The position numbers and the translations under genes are program-made. Source: Dehalococcoidia bacterium (GTDB lineage Bacteria > Chloroflexota > Dehalococcoidia > UBA2979). Taken from it: DNA of 64,000 bases. The notes beneath the pieces are model-generated. The model was not told the DNA's origin, searched no databases, and saw only the letters and a list, made by a program, of their open reading frames with translations. Below, one piece after another: positions 1-11,064 of the stretch. The stretch is taken from NCBI GenBank assembly GCA_964291495.2, contig OZ219872.1:640001-704000 (forward strand). The letters run 5' to 3'. Each line of letters starts with the position of its first letter. Within the stretch, counting starts at the first letter, position 1.

Positions 1-592
<592 letters not shown>

Positions 593-632
593 CCGCGTCT
601 CCCCCTGGCCGTCGCGCGGGCCGAGCCCGCCG

Positions 633-1190
633 CTAGGCCGTTCCCTGCGCCAGTTGCGCGCGCAGCGCGCGCAAGCGCGAGCGCGCCGAACCATCGATCA
701 GCCGGTCGCCGATGCGTACGACGGCGCCGCCGATGAGGTCCGGTTCGACCTCTGCACTGATCTCCACCTGCTGGCCCGTCAGCTCGCCGAGCTGAGTGGC
801 GAACCACTGCCGCCGCTCCTCGTCGATCTCGACGGCCGTGCGGACCTCGGCGCGGGCGACGCCCCGCCGCTCGTCCAGCAGCTCCCGCACGTACGAGGCG
901 ATCGAGGGGCCGAGCGCGAGCCGGCCCTTGCGCCGCAGCAGCCGCAGCAGGTTCAACTGCACCTGCCCGATCTCCGGGACGGCTCGGCGCACGATCGCCT
1001 GGAAGGTTTCGTCCGTCATGCCGTCACCCTGCAGCGCGGCCACGTAGGCCGGGCGCTCGGTCAGCGCCTCGAGGCCGTCGACCGCGTCCTCCCAGGCAGC
1101 GGCGCTGTCCGGGTCGGCGGCCACGAACTCCATGATCGCGAGCGCGTAGCGACGGCCCGCGACGTCCCGTGCGCCTGCTCCCTGGGCCAT
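633..1190 (-). CDS. atpH: ATP synthase subunit delta
   Basis: RRYALA start, C-terminal [19 protein letters not shown]; operon position. Confidence 0.95.
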   Translation of the reverse strand: MAQGAGARDVAGRRYALAIMEFVAADPDSAAAWEDAVDGLEALTERPAYVAALQGDGMTDETFQAIVRRAVPEIGQVQLNLLRLLRRKGRLALGPSIASYVRELLDERRGVARAEVRTAVEIDEERRQWFATQLGELTGQQVEISAEVEPDLIGGAVVRIGDRLIDGSARSRLRALRAQLAQGTA

Positions 1191-1207
1191 GCCTCGCCCC
1201 TCGCTCG

Positions 1208-1840
1208 CTAGTTCCGGTCGCCGAGCTCGCTGTCGACGAGCACCTCGTCGATCAGCCGCTGGTGCGCCGAGCGGTCGAGCGACTGCCCGATGACGCGCTC
1301 GGCGGCGGTGATCGTGAGGTCGGCGAACTCGCGCCGCAGTTGCTCGATCGCCTGATCGCGCTCGACGCGCACTTCCTCACGCGCCCGTTCGACGATCTGA
1401 TCGGCGTCGGCGCGGGCGCGTTCCTCGAGCTGGGCTCGCAGCTGCGCGGCGTTCTGCTGCGCCTGCGCGACCAGCTCGCGCGCCTCGCTCTGCGCCTGCT
1501 CGATCGCCTCCCGCGCTTCCTGCTCGCTGGCGGACGCCTGCGAGGCCGCCTGCGCGGCCTGGTCGAGGCCCTCCTGGATGCGCCGCTTGCGCTCGTCCAG
1601 CAGCCGGAGCACCGGCTTGTAGAGGAAGAGCCGCAGGATGATCAGCAGGATCGTGAAGTTGATCAGGTTGCTGACGAGCGCGGGCAGGCTGAAGCCCAGG
1701 GCGGCAATGCCCGAGGGCCCCTCCTCGGCGGCCAGCGCCGTGGCCGGCGCCGCCGCGAGCAGCACGCCCGCGGCCACGGCGGCCAGCCACAGGCCGCGCC
1801 GCCGCGCGCTCCCCGTCCGGCTGCGTACTCGGTGGATCAT
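1208..1840 (-). CDS. atpF: ATP synthase F0 subunit b, with N-terminal extension (start uncertain)
   Basis: NLINFTILLIILRLFLYKPVLRLLDERKRRI followed by coiled coil. Confidence 0.93.
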   Translation of the reverse strand: MIHRVRSRTGSARRRGLWLAAVAAGVLLAAAPATALAAEEGPSGIAALGFSLPALVSNLINFTILLIILRLFLYKPVLRLLDERKRRIQEGLDQAAQAASQASASEQEAREAIEQAQSEARELVAQAQQNAAQLRAQLEERARADADQIVERAREEVRVERDQAIEQLRREFADLTITAAERVIGQSLDRSAHQRLIDEVLVDSELGDRN

Positions 1841-1865
1841 GCTCGCCCCGCTTCCTGCGGCTCGC

Positions 1866-2303
<438 letters not shown>

Positions 2304-3296
2304 TTACTCATGCGCGCCCCCGTGCTCCTCGTGCTCGTCGCCGTGATGGCTGACGGCAGTCTGGGCGAAGACGAGCGTGAGCATTGCAAACACAAATGCC
2401 TGGATCAGTCCGACGAACAGCTCCAGGCCGTAGAAGACGTTGATCAGCACCAGCGGCACCAGGAAGCTCATCATCAGCAACAGCACCTCGCCGGCGAAGA
2501 TGTTGCCGAAGAGTCGGAAGGTGAACGAGACGATCCGGATCAGCTCCGAGATCAGCTCCAGCAGGCCGACGAAGATGTCGATGATCCCCATCGGTTTGCC
2601 TCGCAGCAGGGGGCCGAAGGCGAAGAACTTCTTGAGATAGCCCAGGCCGAGCGCGGACAGGCCCCAGTACTCGACGAAGATGAACGACATCAGCGCCAGC
2701 GCGAGCGGCGCGTTCACGTCCGTCATCACCGAGCGGAAGAGCGGCGCGAGCAGGCCGGAGAAGGCGTCCCCTGCGTGCTCCGCCTCCAGCACGGGCTCCT
2801 CGGAGGTGTCGACGGTGTCCGCCTGGAGCGGGATATAGGCCAGGTCGACGCCGGCGATGCTGGTCTGCTCGAACACAGCCTGGATCTCGCCGTGGTCGGG
2901 TTCGGTGACCCCGACGGCGAAGTTCATGGGCAGCAGGCCGACGTAGTTGGAGACCAGCACGTAGAAGAAGATCGTCGCGATCACCGGGAAGAAGCGCCGC
3001 GCGTTGGCCTCGCCGACGACGTTCTCGATGAACCCGTAGAAGCCGCCGACGAACGCCTCGATTGCCCCGCTCAGGCCCGAAGGCACGAGGGTCATCGTCC
3101 GGTTGGCGTAGAGCGCGGTGACGATCAGCAGGACGACGACCACCCAGGAGGTGAACATCGTGTTCGTGACCTCGAGCGAGCCGATGTCGAAGACGTGCTC
3201 AGGGGCGAGGATGATCGCCGGCGTAGGCGGCTTGATCAGGATGAAGCCGCCGACAATCAGGACCACGACGACGATGGCTACCAGCCAGCCGCGCAT
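2304..3296 (-). CDS. atpB: ATP synthase F0 subunit a
   Basis: SFTFRLFGNIFAGE, ELFVGLIQAFVF motifs. Confidence 0.97.
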   Translation of the reverse strand: MRGWLVAIVVVVLIVGGFILIKPPTPAIILAPEHVFDIGSLEVTNTMFTSWVVVVLLIVTALYANRTMTLVPSGLSGAIEAFVGGFYGFIENVVGEANARRFFPVIATIFFYVLVSNYVGLLPMNFAVGVTEPDHGEIQAVFEQTSIAGVDLAYIPLQADTVDTSEEPVLEAEHAGDAFSGLLAPLFRSVMTDVNAPLALALMSFIFVEYWGLSALGLGYLKKFFAFGPLLRGKPMGIIDIFVGLLELISELIRIVSFTFRLFGNIFAGEVLLLMMSFLVPLVLINVFYGLELFVGLIQAFVFAMLTLVFAQTAVSHHGDEHEEHGGAHE

Positions 3297-3569
3297 CTAG
3301 CGACCCTTCCGCCCGTTCACCTCGGCGGCGCTGTCCAGCAGCCGCCGCAACTGGCGATATGCGCCAAGAAATCCCGCCAGCAGGCCCAGCACCAGGAAGA
3401 CGAGCGTCAGGAGCGGGTCCGTTCCGAAGTGACGATCGAGCAGACTCCCGATGATGGCCATTCCGGCAATCGACACGGCCAGATATGAGCCGATGCCGAC
3501 CAGCCCAAGGGCGGGCGACCTCCAGACGGACACACCCCGTCCGGGCCGTGGCCGTCGGGAGCCTAGCAC
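3297..3569 (-). CDS. atpZ: AtpZ/AtpI-family small membrane protein
   Basis: Two TM helices with GxxLDxxFGTxP; first gene of atp operon. Confidence 0.85.
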   Translation of the reverse strand: MLGSRRPRPGRGVSVWRSPALGLVGIGSYLAVSIAGMAIIGSLLDRHFGTDPLLTLVFLVLGLLAGFLGAYRQLRRLLDSAAEVNGRKGR

Positions 3570-3593
3570 GGGCCGATCACGTGATCAAACCGA

Positions 3594-3611
3594 TTGTGAG
3601 AAGTGGCACGA
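3594..3611. promoter_or_regulatory. Rex/CRP-like operator upstream of atp operon
   Basis: TTGTGAG-AAGT-GGCACGA; resembles the sites at 61089 and 61134. Confidence 0.4.
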
Positions 3612-3636
3612 ATGACCCTCGGACGCCGTCCCGGCC

Positions 3637-4176
3637 TCACTCGTCCTTGGTCTCGCCCTCGCCGAGATCGTCGAGATCGAGCTCCCCGATGAACTCGCTG
3701 AAGGCGGACAGTTTCTCCAGTTCCTCTTCGGTCACGGAGGAGGCGCGGCTGTCCCCGACCACCACCTCGCCCTCCGCGCTGAGCAGCACCCCGGCGCGGT
3801 CCAGCACGGACTCTTCGGCGTAGATCGGCGCCTCCGCGCGCACCGCCAGCGCGATCGCGTCCGAGGGGCGCGAATCGATCTCCACCGTGCCCCCGGGGTG
3901 CTCGACGGTGATGCGCGCGTAGAAGGTGTCGTTCTCGAGGTCGTTGACGACGATGTGCTTCACGGCGCCGCCGAATTCGCCGATCACGTTGCTGAGCAGG
4001 TCGTGGGTCAGCGGGCGCGCGACGGTGTGATTCTGCAGCCGCACCGCGATCGCGTCCGCCTCGGCGGCGCCGATCCAGATCGGCAGGTAGCGGTCCGATC
4101 CCTTCTCGCGCAGGATCACGACCCGCTGGTAGTTGCGGAGACTGACGCGAATGCTCTCGATGGTCATCTCGATCAT
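3637..4176 (-). CDS. Bifunctional nuclease family protein (DUF151)
   Basis: LPIWIGAAEA, RPLTHDL, IDSRPSDAIALA motifs. Confidence 0.93.
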   Translation of the reverse strand: MIEMTIESIRVSLRNYQRVVILREKGSDRYLPIWIGAAEADAIAVRLQNHTVARPLTHDLLSNVIGEFGGAVKHIVVNDLENDTFYARITVEHPGGTVEIDSRPSDAIALAVRAEAPIYAEESVLDRAGVLLSAEGEVVVGDSRASSVTEEELEKLSAFSEFIGELDLDDLGEGETKDE

Positions 4177-4259
4177 GACGCGATGCCCCACGTCCGCGCG
4201 GACGAATCGAGTCTAGGTACGGCCTTCGCGAGGCGTCAACGAAACGCCGCGCGAGGCGG

Positions 4260-4523
4260 TCAGTCTACTCCGGCAGCGCCCGGAGGGGGTGATGCGCCGC
4301 CCTCGAGGGCCGCTTCGATCGCCGGATCGAGCGCGGGGCCGCGTTCCAGCAGCTCCCCGGCGCGGCGGCGCAGCGTCGGGCGGTCCATCAGCACGCGCCG
4401 CCCGCACTCGCGGCAGCGCAGCCCGATGTCCGCCCCGACGCGCACGACGTCCCAGTCGAATCCGCCGCAGGGATGCTTGCGCCGCAGCCGCAGCACGTCG
4501 CCGACACGCAGATCGAGGGCCAT
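4260..4523 (-). CDS. DUF951 family protein
   Basis: GDVLRLRRKHPCG...VRVGADIGLRCRECGR. Confidence 0.9.
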   Translation of the reverse strand: MALDLRVGDVLRLRRKHPCGGFDWDVVRVGADIGLRCRECGRRVLMDRPTLRRRAGELLERGPALDPAIEAALEGGASPPPGAAGVD

Positions 4524-4529
4524 CGCCGC

Positions 4530-5378
4530 TCAGTCCGCGCTCCCGGCGCGGCCTGGAGCGCGATCCGCGGTCCGCACCGCCTCGCGGAGCGCGTCGCGCA
4601 GGCGCTGCGCCTCGGCGCGCGAGGCGGCGGCGCCGCCCGCCGCGGGGTAGAGCACGCTGCGCGAGGCGTTGACGATGATCCCGCCACCGCGGGCGTCGAG
4701 CGCGGCGTGCACGGCGGCCTCCAGCTCCCCGGCCTGCGCACCCACGCCGGGCATCAGGAACAGCAGGTCCGGGCACAGCTCGCGGATCGCGCGCGCCTCC
4801 TCCGGGTACGTCGCACCGACGACGAGGCCGACGTTGCCGCGCGTGTTCCACTCGTTCGCTCGCGCCGCGACCTCGAGGTAGAGCGGCCGGCCCCCGCCGC
4901 TCACCAGCGCGCGGTCCTGCAGCTCGCCGGCCCCGAGGTTGGAGGTGCGGCAGAGCACGAACGCATGGCGTTCCTCGTGGTTGAGGAACGGCTCGACGGC
5001 GTCGCCTCCCAGGTAGGGGTTGACCGTCACGGCGTCGGCGCCCAGCACCTCGAAGACGGCGCGCGCGTAGAACTCCGCCGAGTTCCCGACATCGCCGCGC
5101 TTGGCGTCGAGCAGCACGGGGATCTCGTCCGGAATGCCGTCGATCAGCTGCAGCAGGGCCTCCATACCAACCGAGCCGCGTGCCTCGAAGAAGGCGGCGT
5201 TGGGCTTGTAGCAGCAGACCAGGTCCGAGGTCGCCTCGATCACGTCGCGCAGCCAGGCGTCCACGTCGGTCCCGGGCGCGAGGCGCGAGGGATCGGGGTC
5301 GAGGCCGACGCAGAGCAGCGAGTCGTTCGCCGCGGCGGCCGCCTCGTACTTCTCGCGGAAGCTCGCGCGCGCGCTCAT
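4530..5378 (-). CDS. pyrF: Orotidine-5'-phosphate decarboxylase
   Basis: LCVGLDP, KPNAAFFE, LDAKRGDVGNS, PGVGAQ; ATG overlaps murI stop. Confidence 0.95.
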   Translation of the reverse strand: MSARASFREKYEAAAAANDSLLCVGLDPDPSRLAPGTDVDAWLRDVIEATSDLVCCYKPNAAFFEARGSVGMEALLQLIDGIPDEIPVLLDAKRGDVGNSAEFYARAVFEVLGADAVTVNPYLGGDAVEPFLNHEERHAFVLCRTSNLGAGELQDRALVSGGGRPLYLEVAARANEWNTRGNVGLVVGATYPEEARAIRELCPDLLFLMPGVGAQAGELEAAVHAALDARGGGIIVNASRSVLYPAAGGAAASRAEAQRLRDALREAVRTADRAPGRAGSAD

Positions 5379-6187
5379 GCCGCGACCCCGCGAACGACCC
5401 GCAGCGGCGGCAGCGTGACGCCCGAGGCGCGGAGCCGCGCGGCGGCCGCCTCGAAGGCGTCCGGGTCGCCGCTCACGGCGCAAGAGACCGTTCCGTCGCC
5501 GTCCTCGGGGATCGTGATCGCGTGCTCCTCGAGCTGCTGGAGCACGCGCCGCGCGACCGGCTCCGCCGTCTCGATCAGCTCGACGTCCTCGCCGAGCAGC
5601 GCGCGCAGCGCCGGCCGTACGAACCCGTAGTGCGTGCAGCCGAGCGCGACCTCGTCGACGCCCTCGGATGGCAGTCCCGCAAGGGCCTCGCCGAGCAGCG
5701 TCTCGACCTGCGGCCCGGCAACCTCGCCTCGTTCGACGAGGTCGGCGAGGCCGGGCATCGGGATCGTGAGCACGCGGCTGTCGCCGGCGTAGCTGTCGTG
5801 CAGGCGCGCCAGGCGCGCGCCCTCGGCCGTCGCGGGAGTGACGAGCAGCGCGACGCAGCCGCTCCGGCTGCGCTCGACGGCCGGCTTGAGCGGCGGCTCC
5901 ATGCCCACCACCGGCACGCTGAGGCGCTCGCGCAGCGCCTCCAGCGCCGCCGAGGAGGCGGTGTTGCAGGCAACCACCAGCAGCCGCGCTCCGGCCTCGA
6001 TCAACCAGCCGCCGATGGCGAGCGAGCGCTCGACGATTTCCTCGGGCAGACGTTCGCCGTAGGGGAAGCGCGCCGTGTCAGCGACATAGCGCAGCGGCAG
6101 GCCGGGGCGGAGGCGGTGAATGGCGGCGACGACGGAGAGCCCGCCGACGCCGGAGTCGAAGATTCCGACCGATGCAGGGGCGCTCAC
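5375..6187 (-). CDS. murI: Glutamate racemase
   Basis: GIFDSGVGGLSV, VACNTAS, LGCTHY; GTG start inferred. Confidence 0.95.
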   Translation of the reverse strand: MSAPASVGIFDSGVGGLSVVAAIHRLRPGLPLRYVADTARFPYGERLPEEIVERSLAIGGWLIEAGARLLVVACNTASSAALEALRERLSVPVVGMEPPLKPAVERSRSGCVALLVTPATAEGARLARLHDSYAGDSRVLTIPMPGLADLVERGEVAGPQVETLLGEALAGLPSEGVDEVALGCTHYGFVRPALRALLGEDVELIETAEPVARRVLQQLEEHAITIPEDGDGTVSCAVSGDPDAFEAAAARLRASGVTLPPLRVVRGVAA

Positions 6188-6293
6188 GGGAGCGCTGGAG
6201 GGATGATCGGCAAGGCGACCTACCACCCATCGAGAGTAGGCGGCGGCGCCGTACGCAGGCAAGCGCGGCGGCTACGAGGCGAGCCGGGCGCCG

Positions 6294-7889
6294 CTACTCC
6301 TCGCCGTCCTCAACCTCCTCGCCGTCCTCGGAGTCCTCCGCGCCCTCGGGCAGCGGGTGGGCCAACTCCCAGGCGGCGAACTGGCGCTCGAGGTCGTCGA
6401 GCCGCCCGGGCAGCGGCTCGTGGCGCCCGTAGCGCAGGCCGTCAAAGGCGTCGGCGATGCGTACGAAGAGCGGCGCGTCGAGGCTGCGGCCGGCGGCCGC
6501 GGCGAACTCCAGCGCCGTCTGCCCGGGCCGCCGCTCGACGCCGCGCAGCCGCGAGGCGACGAGCATCCTGCCGAACAGCCGGTAGGCGCGGTTCAGGGCC
6601 AGCCAGCGCGGATCCGCGGGACGCCGGCGGCGCACCCCCGGGACCAGCGAGCGCAGCATCGCGGCAAGACCGCCACTGCTCTCGCCCTCGCGGACCTCGG
6701 CGTACTCCTCGGTCGTCTCGCGCTGCGAGCGGGAGAACAGCCAGCGCGACACGCGGTAGGCGATCCAGAGGGCGCCGGCGATCGCGAAGGCGCGCGCGGC
6801 GTCGCCGACCCAGCCGGGAATCCTGAAGCGCCCCTCGCGCTCCTCGTCCGGCTCCACCGGGCCTTCCGCGATATCGATGTTCACCTGCTGGAACTCGAAG
6901 TCGCTGCCGAACTGCCCGATCACCCACTCGATCACCCAGAAGATCGGGGTGACGACGATAATCAGCACCCACGCGACCACCGCGACCAGCGCCCGGCCGA
7001 TCGGCTCCAGCAGACGCTGCACCTCGAACAGCGAGAACAGGATGAAGAGCGCCATGACCACGCTGAGCGCGGCGATCGTGCCGAGCACGGAGAACACCCA
7101 CGGCGCGTCGCGCCGCGCGGCGGTCGGGTCCTCGGGCGCGCGGGCGGCGTGGGCGGTCGCGAGCGAGAGTGCGCCGAGCAGGAAGTAGGGCAGCACCAGC
7201 CAGCCGGCCACGTCCGCGCCCGACACCGCCGCGAGGAAGGCGACGGCCACCGCGACCACGAAGCCCACGCCGAAGCTGCGCAGGCTGCGCTCGAAGTTGA
7301 CGGGACTGCGTCCGGCGAAGAGGAAGCGCAGCCAGAGCAGGACGATCCCGCCGACCGTCACCGCCCTCGATGCCCCGAGCACGCGATCCGGGTTCGGGTC
7401 GGCAACGAACGCCTGGGGATCGATCGCGCCGCTGAACGTATCCCCGCCCTGGCCCCGCAGGTCGGCGACGATGCCGTCGTTCCAGGGCGCCCCGCCCCAC
7501 AGCGGCGCATCGGCAAGCGCGAGCTGCAGCACGGCGCTGAGCGCGACGATCGAGACCAGCAGCCCGGCGGCGGCGCGCGAGGAGACCGGCAGACTGCTCC
7601 TGGCGAGCACGCGCATCAGCGTGTAGCCGCCGCCGGCCACCAGCACGATCAGCAGCAGCGAGGGCCCGCCAATCGCGCTCTCGGCGGCCTGCTCGGCGAT
7701 CAGCCTCGCATCGTTCGCGCGATCGGGCTGCAGGAAGTCGCCGTCGGCGAGGCCGAACAGGATCTCCCGGGAGACATCGCGGAAGGCGTCGCGCTCCAGA
7801 CTCGTGGCAAAGGAGCGCAACACGACGAACCAGAGCAGCGCCTCGGCCGCGAGGAAGAAGAACGCCGCGAGTGGAGCGCGCCAGCTCAC
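6294..7889 (-). CDS. Polytopic membrane protein with C-terminal DUF4129-like domain
   Basis: Multiple TM helices, C-terminal RRPGQTALEFA...LRYG; GTG overlaps DUF58 stop. Confidence 0.8.
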   Translation of the reverse strand: MSWRAPLAAFFFLAAEALLWFVVLRSFATSLERDAFRDVSREILFGLADGDFLQPDRANDARLIAEQAAESAIGGPSLLLIVLVAGGGYTLMRVLARSSLPVSSRAAAGLLVSIVALSAVLQLALADAPLWGGAPWNDGIVADLRGQGGDTFSGAIDPQAFVADPNPDRVLGASRAVTVGGIVLLWLRFLFAGRSPVNFERSLRSFGVGFVVAVAVAFLAAVSGADVAGWLVLPYFLLGALSLATAHAARAPEDPTAARRDAPWVFSVLGTIAALSVVMALFILFSLFEVQRLLEPIGRALVAVVAWVLIIVVTPIFWVIEWVIGQFGSDFEFQQVNIDIAEGPVEPDEEREGRFRIPGWVGDAARAFAIAGALWIAYRVSRWLFSRSQRETTEEYAEVREGESSGGLAAMLRSLVPGVRRRRPADPRWLALNRAYRLFGRMLVASRLRGVERRPGQTALEFAAAAGRSLDAPLFVRIADAFDGLRYGRHEPLPGRLDDLERQFAAWELAHPLPEGAEDSEDGEEVEDGEE

Positions 7890-9190
7890 CGCGCCGGCCT
7901 TGCGCGTCGCGGCGCCGTGCGCGACAGCACCTCGCGCGCCCGCGGCGGTCCGAGCGAGGCCTCGGCCTCCGCCAGCGCCTCCTGCTCGAGTCGCTCCATG
8001 TAGAAGGCGACCTCCGTCACGGGGATCGAGCCGGTGTCGACCGTCCACGGCGCCGACGAGGTCTTCACGACGTGCACCTCGTGACGCTCGCGGCGCAGCC
8101 GCTCCAGCGAGGCGACCAGGTCCTCCGTCATCAGCGCCGCCACGACGACGACGCTCGCGCCGATCGGCAGCGCCTCGCCGCGGCGCTCCAGCTCCAGCGC
8201 CAGCGGCGCCATCGCGAACGGGTTCGCGCCGGCGAGCGCCTCGAGGACGCGTGCGAGCTGATCCGGCCGGCGGCCGGCGCCGAGCCGGATCGGGCGGTCC
8301 GCCTCCGGCAACGCCCCGTTCGTCAGCAGGCCGAGCGCGGAGTGCGACTCGAAGGCGGCGCGCGCGACCGAGGCGGCGACCGTGACGCCCCGCTCGAGCA
8401 GCACCGGGTCCGTGCCCTCCCAGGTGTGCGGCAGCGTCATCACGTCGAGCGCGACCACGACCGCGAGCGCCCGCGAGGGCTCGTAGAGCCTCGACTGCAG
8501 CCGCTGCGCGCGCGCCGTCGCCTTCCAGTCGACCTGCTTGAGCGGATCGCCGGGGATGTAATCGCGCACGCCGATCACGCGGATCGGGTCGGGGAAGATG
8601 CGCCGCCCGCCGCGGAGCTCGCCGAAGGGGCGGTCGCTGCCGAGGCCCATGTCCGGCAGCGGGTAGGTGCGCGGGTAGACGATCAGCGTGTCCACGCCTC
8701 CCGCATCGATCTCGCGATCGAACAGCCCGAACAGATCGCCCGAGGACAGCCGCGCCGGACCGAAGCGGTGGTAGCCGCGATGCGTGGCATGCATCGTCAG
8801 CGGCCACTCGAGGCGGTCGCCGGAGCGCAGCGACGTGCTGCGCGTCAGGTAGACCGCGCCGTGCTGCCCCGAGGGCGTGGTGTGACCGTCGATCAGCGGG
8901 GCGGCCTCGGGGAGACGCTCGCGCAGCTCGATCCAGGGGACGGGCAGCCACTTGCGGTTGGCGAGGCGAAGCCGCAGGCCGACCTCCTCGCCGGTGAAGG
9001 CGCGCCGCTCGGACAGCTCGCGGCGGTACTCGACGTCCTCGAGCGCGAGCCGCGCCCAGAGTCGCGCCGCGCCGCCGGCGCCCAGCACCAGCGCGCCGAG
9101 GCCGAACAGCGGCGCCGAGCCGGTGAGCGCCCCAACGAAGACCAGCGCGAGACAGCCGCCGATCCAGGCCTCGGTCAGCAGCGAGCGCAC
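7886..9190 (-). CDS. DUF58 domain protein
   Basis: GVRDYIPGDPLKQVDWKATAR motif; follows MoxR. Confidence 0.92.
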   Translation of the reverse strand: MRSLLTEAWIGGCLALVFVGALTGSAPLFGLGALVLGAGGAARLWARLALEDVEYRRELSERRAFTGEEVGLRLRLANRKWLPVPWIELRERLPEAAPLIDGHTTPSGQHGAVYLTRSTSLRSGDRLEWPLTMHATHRGYHRFGPARLSSGDLFGLFDREIDAGGVDTLIVYPRTYPLPDMGLGSDRPFGELRGGRRIFPDPIRVIGVRDYIPGDPLKQVDWKATARAQRLQSRLYEPSRALAVVVALDVMTLPHTWEGTDPVLLERGVTVAASVARAAFESHSALGLLTNGALPEADRPIRLGAGRRPDQLARVLEALAGANPFAMAPLALELERRGEALPIGASVVVVAALMTEDLVASLERLRRERHEVHVVKTSSAPWTVDTGSIPVTEVAFYMERLEQEALAEAEASLGPPRAREVLSRTAPRRARPAR

Positions 9191-9210
9191 GGGCGGGCCG
9201 CCCTCCGCGC

Positions 9211-10236
9211 CTAGCCGGCCGTGGGGGCGCTGCGGTCGGCGACGGGCACGGGCAACTCGCGCAGGATCTCGTCGATCAGGTCGTCCGCCGTGCGCCCTCG
9301 CAGCTGCGTCTGCGAGCTGAGCACAAGGCGATGCGAGAGCACCGCGGGGGCGAGCCGCTTCACGTCGTCCGGGCGCACGTAGTCGCGGCCCTCGATCGCG
9401 GCGAGCGCGCGCAGCGCGCGGAACAGGGCGAGCGAGGCGCGCGGGCTACCGCCCAGGTCGAACGCGGCGTGATCGCGCGTCGCGCGCACCACCTGCACCA
9501 GGTAGCGCGCTACGTCGTCCTCGACGTGGACGCGCGGCAGCGTGGCCGCCAGCGCCGTCAGTTCGCTCGCCGAAACCACCGGATCGAGGCTATCGAGCGG
9601 CGACTCGCCCTCGAAGCGGCGCAGCACGGCGACCTCGTCCGACTCGCCCGGGTAGCCCATGCGCAGGCGCAGCAGGAAGCGGTCGAGCTGCGCCTCGGGC
9701 AGCGGGAAGGTGCCCTCGAGCTCGATCGGGTTCTGGGTGGCGAGCACGAGGAACGGGTCCGGCAGCACGCGCGTCTCACCCTCGACGGTGACGGTGCGCT
9801 CCTCCATCGCCTCCAGCAGCGCGGACTGCGTACGCGGCGTCGCGCGGTTGACCTCGTCGACGAGCACGATCGGCGCCATGATCGGCCCCTCGCGAAACTC
9901 GAACTCGCCGCTCTTCTGCGAGTAGTAGTGGACCCCGACGATGTCCGAGGGCATCAGGTCCGGGGTGCACTGGATGCGGTGGAAGTCCGCGCCGATCGAG
10001 CGCGCGAAGGCGCGCGCCGCCGTGGTCTTGCCGGTGCCCGGCACGTCTTCGAGCAGCACGTGCCCGCGCGCGAGCAGCGCGACCAGCAGCAGCTGGAGCG
10101 ACTCCTCGGCGCCGACGATGACCTTCGATACGTTCTCGCGGATCGCGGCCGCCGCCTCGGCGAGCGCGCGCACGGACTCCGCCGGCGGCGCGCCCGCATC
10201 GGGTGTCGCTGCTCCGACTGCTGCGTCTCCGACCAC
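9211..10236 (-). CDS. moxR: MoxR-family AAA+ ATPase
   Basis: EDVPGTGKT, RIQCTPDLMPSD, DEVNRATPRTQSALLEAM, LPEAQLDRF. Confidence 0.95.
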   Translation of the reverse strand: MVGDAAVGAATPDAGAPPAESVRALAEAAAAIRENVSKVIVGAEESLQLLLVALLARGHVLLEDVPGTGKTTAARAFARSIGADFHRIQCTPDLMPSDIVGVHYYSQKSGEFEFREGPIMAPIVLVDEVNRATPRTQSALLEAMEERTVTVEGETRVLPDPFLVLATQNPIELEGTFPLPEAQLDRFLLRLRMGYPGESDEVAVLRRFEGESPLDSLDPVVSASELTALAATLPRVHVEDDVARYLVQVVRATRDHAAFDLGGSPRASLALFRALRALAAIEGRDYVRPDDVKRLAPAVLSHRLVLSSQTQLRGRTADDLIDEILRELPVPVADRSAPTAG

Positions 10237-10390
10237 GTGGCCCCCTCGCCGCGCGGCGCCGCCCGCGGCGGCGCGCCAGAGGAGGAGGATACCAGCCGCC
10301 CGACCTCAGACGAGGGCGGCGCCCGGCTGGAAGTACAGGCCTGCCTCGGCCGCCGCCCCGAGGAAGACCTTTGCGAAACTCCCACAGGCC

Positions 10391-10612
10391 CGATCCGGCG
10401 CCCTCTCCCCAAGGGAGAGGGCGGGGGTGAGGGGGAAGACTCCCGCGCGGCCTCCGAAGCCCCGATGGCGCAACGCAATCCCGAAAGGCGGACCCTCCCT
10501 CACCCGCGGGGGGTGTGGGGGGACTCCCCCCCCAAAGCACTGGCTCTCCCGCGGGGAGAGGGGACCGGAAGGGATGCGCTCGCTGCCCTGAGGAGAGCGT
10601 TACGCAACGGTC
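10391..10612. repeat. REP-like palindromic repeat element
   Basis: CCCTCTCCC-GGGAGAGGG-GGGTGAGGG arms; homologous to 45651-45840. Confidence 0.85.
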
Positions 10613-10625
10613 TCCAGAGCGGCCG

Positions 10626-11060
10626 CTAGGACTGCGCCGCGGGCCGGAACCTCGGGATCGCGATCTCGTCCGAGACGTCGTCGAACACCACCTCCACGGG
10701 CATGCCGATCTCGACATCCGCCGGATCGATGCCGACGACGTTGGTGGTGAGGAACATCCCCTCCTCGAGGCGGACCACCCCGAACACGTAGGGGACGTCC
10801 TCCGCCCACTCCACGCTCGGGGCCTGGTGGTGCACGCTGAAGGTGTAGACCTCGCCCCTGCCGCTCAGCGGCACCCAGTCGTAGTCGTCCAGCGCCGCGC
10901 AGTCCGGGCTGTGGCAGACGCGGCTCGGGTACATCCAGCGGTGGTCGCAGCTGCGGCACTGCTGCGCCAGCAGCACGTGCCGGCGGCAGCCCTCCCAGTA
11001 GGGCTGGGACACCTGCGAGGGCACCGGGATCGGCTTGAGGTATTCGGCCATCTGGGTCAC
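10626..11060 (-). CDS. DUF35 Zn-ribbon/OB-fold protein (thiolase partner)
   Basis: PYWEG, CxxC...CxxxxC, SGRGEVYTF, IGMPVEVVF. Confidence 0.92.
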   Translation of the reverse strand: MTQMAEYLKPIPVPSQVSQPYWEGCRRHVLLAQQCRSCDHRWMYPSRVCHSPDCAALDDYDWVPLSGRGEVYTFSVHHQAPSVEWAEDVPYVFGVVRLEEGMFLTTNVVGIDPADVEIGMPVEVVFDDVSDEIAIPRFRPAAQS

Positions 11061-11064
11061 CTCC

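Noticed and set aside
6294-10236. MoxR-DUF58-DUF4129 as a novel system
   Set aside because: Widespread, already recognised gene arrangement
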